Positions 47,722-57,300 of a stretch of DNA of 64,000 nt are shown here, piece by piece. Positions within the stretch are counted from its first letter, which is position 1; the number at the start of each line of letters is the position of its first letter. The DNA lies in sequence record MT028491.1. One strand, written 5' to 3'. A program made the position numbers and the translations under genes. The notes under the pieces were generated by a model. It did not search any database, was not told where the DNA came from, and worked only from the letters and a program-made list of their open reading frames with translations.

Positions 47722-47737
47722 GTGCCTCACCTTACCT

Positions 47738-48100
47738 TTACTTGCTGATACACTCTACTTTTAGAATATTGCGATACATTGAAAGGAATGGAACGCGATA
47801 TCCATTGACAGTCATGCGACAAATATCACCAGCATTGATTCGACCATACAAATCAGAACTGTTAAATTTCGCATGAAAGATCGTATCGGTATTTTCAAAG
47901 ACTTCATCCTTGGTAAATACCAAATATTTACTATCTTCTTTGGTAACGATTCGTTCTTTACCAGTGATTTCGATATTGGCCAAATTTTGCATCGAACCAT
48001 ATGAAATTCTGTATGGAACATAAACGATTGCCGACAAAGTAGCGATAAAAATAGCAATCATCAGGAATACAAAGATAGTGTCTTTACCACGTTTAGTCAT
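47738..48100 (-). CDS. membrane-anchored OB-fold-like phage protein
   Basis: N-terminal TM; KYLVFT.DEVFEN.D...KFNSSD...GYRVPFLS.YRNI. Confidence 0.7.
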   Translation of the reverse strand: MTKRGKDTIFVFLMIAIFIATLSAIVYVPYRISYGSMQNLANIEITGKERIVTKEDSKYLVFTKDEVFENTDTIFHAKFNSSDLYGRINAGDICRMTVNGYRVPFLSMYRNILKVECISK

Positions 48101-48516
48101 CGGCGCTGTTCCCCTGTTTCTGTTTTCTTAGTAATCATATCCTTCAATTCACCTTGAATGATGGTTGTTAGATCACCAAAAATTTCCTGTACCTTTGGAT
48201 TGGTAACAACCACTTCGGCACTTTCTGATGCTGCGATCATGAAAAATGTCTGGCGAGAAGGAATCAATGTTGCAATGATAATAGCAATTAGACAGACAAA
48301 GAAACCAAAAGATGCAACCTTGTTGAATTTCTTTTTGGCAGACTCTACACGTTCAATGTAAGCTTCGCCTTTATAATTGTCATAGGCCCATGCAAAAGAT
48401 GTGATTATCCAAGTCAATATTGAAAAAATCAAAAATACTGTACCGACAGCACCAAAAAATCTACCAAGATTTGGAATCACATCTGCCAGATAGATAAACC
48501 AAGAAAGATTATTCAT
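48097..48516 (-). CDS. phage membrane protein
   Basis: MNNLSWFIYLAD start; TM helices; IPSRQT. Confidence 0.7.
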   Translation of the reverse strand: MNNLSWFIYLADVIPNLGRFFGAVGTVFLIFSILTWIITSFAWAYDNYKGEAYIERVESAKKKFNKVASFGFFVCLIAIIIATLIPSRQTFFMIAASESAEVVVTNPKVQEIFGDLTTIIQGELKDMITKKTETGEQRR

Positions 48517-49421
48517 TATTCATCGTCTCCATTTTCATAATCATCTTCTTTTTGACGAGCTTTAGCAATGGCTAGGACGCCCTCATAAAAAGGAATCAAA
48601 GCCTGTGCGCCGCCATGTTGTGGACCGTGAACATATGGAGAAAGAACCTTGCGCAATTCCATTGAAGCATAAAGAACAATCTTAGTTCTTACAAAATGTT
48701 CATTGGAAAAAATTGAAGCCCAATCAGCATCTATATTTGGGAAATTTTCCACAAATACATCTTGTAATTCTCTGGAATATCCATTCCATGGCTCACTGTC
48801 ATGCCCCATACGCAATCCATTAAATGCAAGGTATCCAAACATTTCCATTGTTTTGATATCATCATCGGATTCGTCTGGTTCACTAAGTTCCTTGGCTTTA
48901 TCCAGATACTTAGTTTGCGAATCCTTGGCAATTTGAATGCGTTCTTCAATGAAGTGTTCAATCTGTCCTTTGATGGTATCTGGACTGTTATAAACAAATT
49001 CTGGTCTTAGGCCACCAAGGATATCAAACACCTTCTTATGGATGAAAATTCGATGTCCCTTAAGCATCCAATGCCCACGATCTTTATCATGAACCCAACC
49101 AGCCGTTTTTGATCTTACATGGAAAACGGCCTTTGAATCATAGGTTTCTTCATCAATTTGACGATCATCAAACTGACAAATATTATCACCCTTTTTAAAG
49201 CCATATGGTTCATAATCTTCTAGAAGATCAACACCACCATAATCATCATATTCACCAAAGAAAAATGGCGTGTTTAGACGAAACGGGAAATAGAATGAAT
49301 CTTCATATGTAAACGATGCATATGCGACGAGACATTCATCACCATGACGAATTTCCATTCCGCTAATAGAACAAGATTCTGACCAGCAACCCATTACGAA
49401 TAACCTCCTAAAATTCCCCAA
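48516..49421 (-). CDS. hypothetical phage protein
   Basis: 301 aa; MGCWSESCSISG...GEYDDYG. Confidence 0.7.
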   Translation of the reverse strand: MGNFRRLFVMGCWSESCSISGMEIRHGDECLVAYASFTYEDSFYFPFRLNTPFFFGEYDDYGGVDLLEDYEPYGFKKGDNICQFDDRQIDEETYDSKAVFHVRSKTAGWVHDKDRGHWMLKGHRIFIHKKVFDILGGLRPEFVYNSPDTIKGQIEHFIEERIQIAKDSQTKYLDKAKELSEPDESDDDIKTMEMFGYLAFNGLRMGHDSEPWNGYSRELQDVFVENFPNIDADWASIFSNEHFVRTKIVLYASMELRKVLSPYVHGPQHGGAQALIPFYEGVLAIAKARQKEDDYENGDDE

Positions 49422-49616
49422 ACAATGGAGACGACCAAATAACCTAGAATGGCGTAAAGGATAAGAAATGATAGTTTTCGTTCTTTTTGAATAGATTTTT
49501 CGTTATCGTCCATTAAACCACACCGCTAAACAAACTTGATTGACTGACCAGTACCAATAACAGTGCCATAAGAAACAAGCCAATCATAAAAAGAATAGTA
49601 TCTTTTATGAAATGTT

Positions 49617-49895
49617 TCATGCAAGGAACTGATATGCGAGACTAACAACAAGCCAAACTACAACCAAACCAACGATTGCATATTGGAATGCATCCTGAGT
49701 CGATTCAGAAGGGGGTTGTGTAAAGAAAGGATGTGTACGAATGTTGCGCTGATACTTATTATATTCCTTGATCAGATTTTGTTCGTGTTCATCATCCGTT
49801 TCAGGATCAATTTTAGATATATCGATTTGTGAAGGATGAACATAAGGATGTTCCGAAGCCTTCATCAATTTGTCAATGCGCTGAAATAGGTTCAT
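49617..49895 (-). CDS. hypothetical protein with C-terminal TM
   Basis: 92 aa ORF. Confidence 0.6.
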   Translation of the reverse strand: MNLFQRIDKLMKASEHPYVHPSQIDISKIDPETDDEHEQNLIKEYNKYQRNIRTHPFFTQPPSESTQDAFQYAIVGLVVVWLVVSLAYQFLA

Positions 49896-50006
49896 TTGGA
49901 TTAACCGAAAATCAGATTAACAAAAACACCAACGACAATAGCCGCTGCAAAAAGACCGGCAAGGACAATAGGTCCATAATTTCCATTAAAAGCCTTGCCA
50001 TCTGCA

Positions 50007-50780
50007 TTAATCTGTGGTTCGTCCTTCCATTTCGACATTAGTATTCCTTTCTGTAAAATCAACAGTAACAATTTCACATAGAGGCGAGACGCCTTTCCAT
50101 TGATCTATGTAAACTTTCGTGTCGATACCTATACCAGATTCAAAGTAGAGTCCAGTGCTATTTTGAAATTTAACCGCTTTTCCATCTTTTTGTCGTTCAT
50201 AACATTGTCTACCACTATAATTAAATCCTGCCGACATTTGAGGAACAATGAAAACTCCATAGTCGCCCATATGTGAAGCTATATCAATAACATGATATTC
50301 AAATTCAGCACCAGAATAAGTTGGAGCATCAGCCGAACGTCGAATCTTCCCAAAAGGTGGATTGCTGATTACATAATCAAAATGCCCCAAATTCATTGAC
50401 ATAACGTCAAAAACATCAGCATTGATCCATGTAGCTTCCGGCACAAGTTTTTTACCAACCTCATAATAAGCTGGATTTAACTCAACACATGTAATGTCAA
50501 GCTTATCCCTGTCATAATAATTACGACCTCTAACAGCATAGGAAAGAGCGCCAATACCAGCACAAAGATCAAGGATACGACCGGGACCGATTTCAAGAGC
50601 AAAATCAAAAGCCATGTCAAGAGGGGTAAAAAATGCCCCTGCTTGACCGTTCATATGATTCGCGCCTTCATGCCAATTGTTAAAAACAAACTCTTTATCG
50701 TCTTCTGTCAAAACATCTTTTTTGAGAATTTCAAGAGCCTGATTATGAGCCTTTGTTTGTAATTTCGTTAATTTCGCCAT
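50007..50780 (-). CDS. SAM-dependent amino-methyltransferase (probable DNA m6A/m4C)
   Basis: FFTP, ILDLCAGIG, VISNPPFG motifs. Confidence 0.8.
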   Translation of the reverse strand: MAKLTKLQTKAHNQALEILKKDVLTEDDKEFVFNNWHEGANHMNGQAGAFFTPLDMAFDFALEIGPGRILDLCAGIGALSYAVRGRNYYDRDKLDITCVELNPAYYEVGKKLVPEATWINADVFDVMSMNLGHFDYVISNPPFGKIRRSADAPTYSGAEFEYHVIDIASHMGDYGVFIVPQMSAGFNYSGRQCYERQKDGKAVKFQNSTGLYFESGIGIDTKVYIDQWKGVSPLCEIVTVDFTERNTNVEMEGRTTD

Positions 50781-51402
50781 AAATGAATACAGTATCCATA
50801 GCGGACTTTACAACTGGTGTATAACCCAAAGCCGCCAACCATTCCTTAGTTTCTGTGCTTGCTCTTTCTACAAAGATAACAGGCTTATATTTTTCAATTG
50901 TTTGATGTGCACCAGAAAGGGCTTTTCCTTCATATCCCTCAAGATCAAGCATGATCAAACCAACATTCGTAAATCCATAAGAATCGATCTTGGTTACAGG
51001 AATAGTTCCAGCCTTGTTTTCTTCAATCATATGCATACCAACATTTTGCATAGTCAGACGGCGCATGTTGCAAAGGCCATTTTCGGAGCCTAGAGCGGAT
51101 TGAAATTTGATGACATTATCGTTGTCTTTGTTATTCGCGACCAGACAAGTAAAATTCAACGGGTCTGGTTCAAATGTATAAACACGATTAAACAAACCGG
51201 AAAGAAGTCTAGGATACATTCCTAAATTTCCACCAGCTTGAATAACCGTGTCATAATTAGTTACATATTGCTGAATATTTTTGGAATGATGCTGTTCCCA
51301 ATCTACAACGGGTCCATCCCATGCACCAGTATCCGTATCAATCCAAAACCAACCAGTAATTCCCCCAACTTCTTTAAATTGATAGAAATTGATTTGACTC
51401 AT
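50743..51402 (-). CDS. FkbM-family methyltransferase
   Basis: IQAGGNLG, FEPDPLNF, IMLDLEGYE..ALSGA..TIEKYKPVIFVE. Confidence 0.85.
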   Translation of the reverse strand: MSQINFYQFKEVGGITGWFWIDTDTGAWDGPVVDWEQHHSKNIQQYVTNYDTVIQAGGNLGMYPRLLSGLFNRVYTFEPDPLNFTCLVANNKDNDNVIKFQSALGSENGLCNMRRLTMQNVGMHMIEENKAGTIPVTKIDSYGFTNVGLIMLDLEGYEGKALSGAHQTIEKYKPVIFVERASTETKEWLAALGYTPVVKSAMDTVFIYGEINEITNKGS

Positions 51403-51776
51403 ATTTTCTTTCGTTTTTCCCTCTTCTCATTCATTTCTTGATGAATAGTTTCATCATCCATGTTGAGATAATGTTTATTATAATGATAGGCTGGAATGAA
51501 ATCAGCTTCTTTAAACGCCTTTGTATATTCTTCCTTGAATTCCTCAAGGTCGATTGATAAGCGTTCTGAAACAAATTCATTAGCCTTTTCTTTCGAATAG
51601 CCCATATTTTCTAAATGTAGGGCAGCTTCAAATGCAAGCAATACAGCCATTTCATTCACTCCCTTCAAATTTTCCCATATTTTAGACAATTTGAAATTCA
51701 GTGTGTTTGAATTCCCAATTGTCTGGATTATAACCAAGAGCCGCTTTGATGACTTCCATTGCTTTTTCATGATCAT
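51399..51776 (-). CDS. hypothetical protein
   Basis: ORF; true start probably the internal MAVLLAFE. Confidence 0.5.
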   Translation of the reverse strand: MIMKKQWKSSKRLLVIIQTIGNSNTLNFKLSKIWENLKGVNEMAVLLAFEAALHLENMGYSKEKANEFVSERLSIDLEEFKEEYTKAFKEADFIPAYHYNKHYLNMDDETIHQEMNEKREKRKKI

Positions 51777-51921
51777 TTTTCAAATCCTTCGGAATGATCA
51801 TTTCAAAAGTTGTAATGCCATCTTTGGTCACTTTAGACGAAATACCAACACGTTCCAAGTAACGATATGCTTTGTGAGCATTGTTGTTTGGAACTGGCTT
51901 TGCAGAAATCAAAGTAGCCAT
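51682..51921 (-). CDS. hypothetical protein
   Basis: 79 aa with GAGG RBS. Confidence 0.65.
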   Translation of the reverse strand: MATLISAKPVPNNNAHKAYRYLERVGISSKVTKDGITTFEMIIPKDLKNDHEKAMEVIKAALGYNPDNWEFKHTEFQIV

Positions 51922-51923
51922 TT

Positions 51924-52097
51924 TTAACGATCCTCTATAGTGACATAAACGGTTTCTTCATTTGGTATGAAACCAACGTGTTTAACTTCCACCCATCTAT
52001 AATTAATATAGATGTGTTCTCCAACACGCGGAACGGCAGGAAGTGAGACAATCGATGTTGAAAATCTTCCTTCAACCTTAACCTTGATCATTTTCAT
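51924..52097 (-). CDS. hypothetical small beta protein
   Basis: Manually translated 57 aa, MKMIKVKVEGRF...LPAVPRVGEHI; GAGG RBS. Confidence 0.55.
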   Translation of the reverse strand: MKMIKVKVEGRFSTSIVSLPAVPRVGEHIYINYRWVEVKHVGFIPNEETVYVTIEDR

Positions 52098-52129
52098 AAC
52101 CTCATGTTGGAAATTCTTGTATCTAACAC

Positions 52130-52195
52130 CTTATGCCAGATAGTAAGGATTATGTCAACACCTAAAAATAAAAAAAGAGGCCGAAGCCTCTTTTT
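52130..52195 (-). promoter_or_regulatory. terminator plus early promoter cassette (PeSL-like)
   Basis: GAGGC-TTCG-GCCTC-T7 then TTGACA-N17-CATAAG. Confidence 0.65.
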
Positions 52196-52328
52196 AAAGA
52201 TTACGAGCGATATCTCTAATATCGTATCTGCTAATTCCAATGTCGCTTAGTTCACGATCAGTAAGACGTTCAAGTTCTTGAACAGTGCGACGGTATTTCT
52301 TGTATCTGCGAATTCTTTCCGAAAACAT
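52194..52328 (-). CDS. DUF1127 (YjiS-like) small arginine-rich protein
   Basis: Manually translated MFSERIRRYKKYRRTVQELERLTDRELSDIGISRYDIRDIARNL; AAGGA RBS; RTxxELxxLTDRELxDIGIxR signature. Confidence 0.9.
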   Translation of the reverse strand: MFSERIRRYKKYRRTVQELERLTDRELSDIGISRYDIRDIARNL

Positions 52329-52401
52329 ATTTATTCCTTTTTGCAAATGTTTTTCTTAAGTTATGCACTTATATTTATCCTAATTTTGCAAAAAAGGCAA
52401 C

Positions 52402-52425
52402 AAAAAAGGCCGGTTTTCACCGACC
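52402..52425 (-). terminator. intrinsic terminator of the late structural operon
   Basis: GGTCGGT-GAAA-ACCGGCC-TTTTTT. Confidence 0.8.
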
Positions 52426-52430
52426 ATCTT

Positions 52431-52445
52431 TGCATAGCTGATATG
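52431..52445. promoter_or_regulatory. putative LysR (LsrB/VtlR-type) binding box upstream of DUF1127
   Basis: TGCATAGCTGATATG: T-N11-A plus CAT-N7-ATG dyad, 31-45 nt upstream of a TTGCCT-N17-TAAATA promoter. Confidence 0.4.
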
Positions 52446-52449
52446 TGTT

Positions 52450-52803
52450 TTAACCAGTACCACCGGCTTTCATTGCTAATGCAATCAAACTGCCGAAAAC
52501 CGTAACTAGGATAAGACCGACGCCACCATAAACGATTTTTTGGATTGGTATAAAGGATTCTTTGGAAACGTAATTTTTTTCTACTTCGGCTTCATTAGCT
52601 TCGATACGATCATTTAAACGTTTTTCAAGTTCATTGATTCTAACGCTAAGTTTTGCTTCTGTGGTTTCTAATTTCTTGGCAAGAGCTTCGTTATTGGTTT
52701 TAATCTCATTTGCCAAACCGCCCAAAGTAGTCTGAATTGCTTGTGTTCGTTCGTCTAAACGCGCCAACAATAGCTGATTATTGTTGTTATCATTTTCGGA
52801 CAT
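52450..52803 (-). CDS. coiled-coil protein with C-terminal TM (possible holin-like or virion protein)
   Basis: LARLDERTQAI coiled coil and a single TM helix. Confidence 0.55.
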   Translation of the reverse strand: MSENDNNNNQLLLARLDERTQAIQTTLGGLANEIKTNNEALAKKLETTEAKLSVRINELEKRLNDRIEANEAEVEKNYVSKESFIPIQKIVYGGVGLILVTVFGSLIALAMKAGGTG

Positions 52804-53096
52804 CAGCCGCCCCCTTGTGGTTTTTTGAAGTAAACCATGCGCCCGGATTTAATACACCTTAGCACGATTGTTTCTTTAGGGTTGTCCTTGGCAAATCCTC
52901 GAATTTCATTAGAAAGGTTTTCATCAATGAAATATCTGGAATATCTATGCCTTGGATGTTTGACCAATTCAGGTCGCATAACAAGGTTGAAATCCACGTC
53001 AAAAACAGTGGCGTTAGCAAACTTTGAACGCTTATAACGAACACCATCATTTAATCCAGCGCTCGAATCAGTCGTTACAATATCTTCTTTGAGCAT
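52803..53096 (-). CDS. conserved T4-like hypothetical virion protein
   Basis: VFDVD...EIRGFAKDNPKETIVL...SGRMVYF pattern. Confidence 0.65.
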   Translation of the reverse strand: MLKEDIVTTDSSAGLNDGVRYKRSKFANATVFDVDFNLVMRPELVKHPRHRYSRYFIDENLSNEIRGFAKDNPKETIVLRCIKSGRMVYFKKPQGGG

Positions 53097-53103
53097 TTGC
53101 TAA

Positions 53104-53487
53104 TCACCCTTTTATTATTTTTCTTAGTTCTGATATGACTTTTTGATCTAAGTTGAAACCATCCGTTGGTATCACTTTATTATCATAGACGACTTCTTTG
53201 GGAAAAAAGTCTAGGAGTATAAGGAATGGAGATAAAACATCCTCATGACCATGTAATTCCATGTAGAGTATATTGGTCAATGCATGATGTTCAAAAACAT
53301 TATAGAGAATTCGAATATGGTTAAGTATAGAATTCGTCTGTAAAGTGCCATTGGATTTATAATGGCGCATTAGTCGCCTAATTTTACGCACACGCTTCAA
53401 ATCTTCAATAAATTCATCTGTAGAAATGCATATATGTGTGTAATGTTGGGCGGCATATATTTCAACATTAGATTTTGTTAGCATCAA
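53104..53487 (-). CDS. conserved T4-like hypothetical protein
   Basis: YAAQHY...EFIEDLKR...ILNHIRILYNVF pattern. Confidence 0.7.
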   Translation of the reverse strand: MMLTKSNVEIYAAQHYTHICISTDEFIEDLKRVRKIRRLMRHYKSNGTLQTNSILNHIRILYNVFEHHALTNILYMELHGHEDVLSPFLILLDFFPKEVVYDNKVIPTDGFNLDQKVISELRKIIKG

Positions 53488-53891
53488 AACGTTTCAAGCG
53501 CCACGCGCTTAATCTCCGTATTATTCACTTTAATATATAGATAATTTTCGTCAAAGAAAATACGACCGAAATCTAGCTGTGTATCAGCCGATTGCGCGGG
53601 TGTTAAAACATCAGTTAGAATTAGTTCTTCTGTTGATGTTTGTTTTGCTGTTACAGTATTTGCAGTTAGTGGAACGGTTGCATTGATAGATGCATTGTTA
53701 CCGGTTGTTACTACAAGGGATTCACCGATTGTAAGAGTGTCGGTTGTAATTGCTGGTAGTTGACCTACCAATTCCCCAATAGTGATATTTTTAGAGACTG
53801 GAATTTCGCTCTTCATATCGATTACTAGAAGTAGATCGTTAGCGGAAGGATTTACCAGTCTTTGAAGTTGCGATACCTTTTTATCAGACAT
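53484..53891 (-). CDS. virion structural protein
   Basis: MSDKKVSQL...DLLLVID..SKNIT; C-terminal GRIFFDENYLYI...KRVAL. Confidence 0.65.
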   Translation of the reverse strand: MSDKKVSQLQRLVNPSANDLLLVIDMKSEIPVSKNITIGELVGQLPAITTDTLTIGESLVVTTGNNASINATVPLTANTVTAKQTSTEELILTDVLTPAQSADTQLDFGRIFFDENYLYIKVNNTEIKRVALETF

Positions 53892-54072
53892 CTTGCTCTT
53901 CTTCCTTTTGCTTAGTCCTATTCAACATGATTTCGCGAGCTAGTTCACGATCTTTCGAAAATGAATCTGTAAGGACACCATACTTTTTAGATGGTTGATC
54001 CTTGCGCTCTAGGTTCACGTCTTTATTTATAGTGACTTTGCGCTCCATAATTTCCCTTGCGAGCTTATCCAT
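53884..54072 (-). CDS. hypothetical protein with internal LAREIM repeat
   Basis: 62 aa; DKLAREIM / RELAREIM. Confidence 0.55.
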   Translation of the reverse strand: MDKLAREIMERKVTINKDVNLERKDQPSKKYGVLTDSFSKDRELAREIMLNRTKQKEEEQDV

Positions 54073-54095
54073 AACAAATACCTTCCTTTAAAAAT

Positions 54096-54281
54096 TTATG
54101 GAGTTTCCGGGTCTGGTTCCGGTTCTACTGGTGGCGTAGTATCAAGATCAGAAATGCAAACTAGGACTTCATTGGTTCCGTTGTCGTGCTGGTAAACCCA
54201 ACCACGTTCGGTAGCAATGACCTTTTCTTTTTGATCTTCGGTAAGCCACTTTGGCTTGTCTGTCTTAGACCATAGTGCCAT
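54096..54281 (-). CDS. small virion protein
   Basis: MALWSK...ATERGWV...EVLVCI; start reassigned to the ATG at 54281 behind AAGGA and a late promoter. Confidence 0.6.
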   Translation of the reverse strand: MALWSKTDKPKWLTEDQKEKVIATERGWVYQHDNGTNEVLVCISDLDTTPPVEPEPDPETP

Positions 54282-54318
54282 TTGGAGTATTCCTTGTGTT
54301 AAAAAATGATTACAATAG

Positions 54319-54326
54319 TATTTATA
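54319..54326 (-). promoter_or_regulatory. T4-type late promoter
   Basis: Perfect TATAAATA on the minus strand. Confidence 0.7.
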
Positions 54327-54331
54327 AAAAC

Positions 54332-54353
54332 AAAGGGGGATTTCTCCCCCTTT
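54332..54353 (-). terminator. intrinsic terminator after the ART gene
   Basis: AAAGGGGGA-GAAA-TCCCCCTTT. Confidence 0.7.
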
Positions 54354-54366
54354 GTTAACTTTCGAA

Positions 54367-57300
54367 TTATATGCTTCTATTAATTCTTTTGTCTTTAAGA
54401 ACACTCTTTGAAACAAGTTTTACCTTGTAACACTTGTAAATTTCAATTTGTGAACGTCCATCATAAACAACAAGTTCTGGCGATCTGATATTATCGCCAC
54501 CGTAACCGGCGCGTCTTACTTGTGTTCTTTCGTCACTGATATATAGGTTAGATTCGAAAACATAACCGATAGTTCCAAATCTGCGACCGAAACCACTATC
54601 ACCGACATATTGCAGAGACTTTTCAAGAACTGGTGATAGATAGATACCGTTGCCGAGCATCTTACCAGTGACTTGAACGCCACCAATAGCTTGTGTAACG
54701 ACCTTAAAGCCAAATCGGAGAATCATATTCGCCGCCACCGATCCAGTGCCGTGGAAGAGTTGAGTTTCAACCTTGGCATTTGGATGATTATTCTTGAATT
54801 GAACCAATTCATCCGGTCTAATATGAACATCGTAAACATCTAGAACAACACAAGCGATGTCACCATGGCGACCATTGTATTTCTTTTCATACAAATCGTA
54901 TGAAATGGCGTCTAGATCATCTGTTGACAAATCAAGTTTCGTGACTTGAAGGTCTGGAACCCCAACAATATCGACCTTTTCAATTGCATCCTTGATACTG
55001 TTGAAAACACCCTTATTCTTGAATTCAGCCGCCGAAAATTTCACATCTGCATGTGTCTTAACGTCAAAATCGTTGAACTTCAAAATATCACTAAGACCTT
55101 TTGGAGTTAGCCTTAGATAAATAGGAAGAACCGATTTTGTATTGCTAAGCATGTCCATGACAGCTTTGTTAGTGACCATATCATCAGTGATTGATTCAAT
55201 GTGCTTAGGAGTGATTTTTTCATCACCAAAAACAAGCTTTAGATATTCATCAAACTGTTCCTTGCGGTCTTGTTCTGACAAATCGGAGTCGTTATAGATG
55301 TCATTGAAAAGTGTACCAAAACCCATGTTCTTAGCGACAGTAGGAGTAATTTTTACATTACTTTCCTTCATCTTTTCACGAATAATATTAGCATAAACCT
55401 TATACCAATTGCGATTATAACGAATAAGAGTTTCGGAAACTAGGTCTTTGGAATTCTTTCTGCGAGAAGTCACAATGTATTCAACATATGAACCAATTGC
55501 AGATTGAACATGAGCTACAGACAATACAGATTTGTAATTATCGATACCAGCATTGACAAATGCAGTAGGATCAAAACTACCACCACCATAACTAAGAAGA
55601 CTTCTCATCAAATTCATGATGGAAATATGGGCGATATATTCATCCCATTTCTTAGAAATGTTGATCATCTGTCCAAGCTTAGAGTACATAGAAAAGAAGT
55701 TCTGAGAACCAATTTGGGTAATTCTATTGTTACTATAAGAAGGACCAAACATTCCGGCAGTTTGGAAAAGTGGAGCAATGTTTCTTGAAAGAATTTTCAA
55801 TGTAAGTTCCGGGTTTACACTCAAAATATCCAATGAAATATCTTCATTTCCTGCAAAATTGTGATCAATCACCATTGCAGACAATGCGTTCATAATCTTT
55901 TTAACATCTGTAGGCACAGTGTCGCTGACATCCGTCATCATCTTAGCGATTCTGATTTGGATTTCGTGCGGCTTGTCGTTTAATGATAGAATCTTATCAA
56001 ACAAACTCTTAAGTTTTGTTTGATCAATCATAGTGGTTGCAAGCAATTCGGTAAAGATTTTAAAGAATCTATCATAATCGCTTGATCTTTGTGCCTTGAT
56101 AAGCAAATCAAGAGCATGAATGATTTTCTCATATAGAATGATATTGACATCGCTAAAAGATATATCACCACTATGAAGCATCTGAATAAATGAATTAGTT
56201 GTCGCATCATTCAAAGACATCATATTGACAAGCGTGAAATCACTCCATGCGGAACTGATCTTGGTTGTTCCAAAGAATGAAACAACATTAGTACCAGTCA
56301 ACATTTCATCCCAATAGCCATAAATTGGAACAGAATCGTTGTACGTATAACGTAACAAGGTCATCATTTTGTTCCAGTAATCAACGGAAGAAAATGGAGT
56401 TGTTTTGATCATTTGAGTTAGTTCTTGACGATGTTCATCAAGATAACGCTTGACAATCTGTTGAGACGTTACACTAGCACCATAACCAACAGCCAGAATA
56501 TCGAATTGCTGCATTTCAATGGCTTTAGCAACTACCGGTTCGACCAGAACATAAGGTAATTCACTAATCATATTGAAATTACTGAATCTCTTATGCGTTG
56601 AAAGATTTAGAGCAAAATCAATAGCGTCTTCAATAAATCTTTCCCAAGTTCCACCGTTGTCAATAACAAATTTCTTAAGAGATTTATCGTCAACAAGTTC
56701 ATCAATTTCAAAACCTTCTGGCGTTCCAATAATTTCATTGATACGTTCAATGTAATCACCAGTAGTCATATAATCGCTGGATTTAGTTTTGGTAGCAAAA
56801 CCAATGAATTCACCAACTCTGGTAACAAGTGTGATAAGAGCGGCACCACCAACTTTAACATCTGCCAGATTAACAGAAATTTTCATTTTGGCAAAGAAAC
56901 CACTTGACGCAAGAGCAAGGAATCGTTTTCCAATTTCCGAATCAACCGGATATTTTTTGAAAAGCTTTTCGGTATTGAGATTGTAAGTGTCTTTGACGAG
57001 ATTGGACAAAGCGTCTACAAAAGCCGTATCCTGATTCATCTTTTCCATAATATCAAAGAAATCTACAAAATCTTGTTGATGAATCTCTTCAACTTTATTG
57101 AAGATTTGCATAAGATTTGTGTTGAATTCCTTGAGAATACCAGCCTGTGACACCAAAATATCAGCATAATGATTGTAGACCAATTCAATAACATGAACAG
57201 CCTTATCAAGCTGATAATTGTCATAGCTTCTGCAATACATGTCGATCAAACGATGATAGTTCGTATAACGTGCATAACTCTTGGAAAATTTAGAAAGATC

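Noticed and set aside
52450-52803. Firm holin assignment
   Set aside because: Only a coiled coil plus one TM helix, with no endolysin in the window; kept as a low-confidence possibility.
54282-54416. Upstream extension of the 106 aa ORF
   Set aside because: It overlaps the ART stop, a terminator and a late promoter. The ATG at 54281 has a proper RBS.
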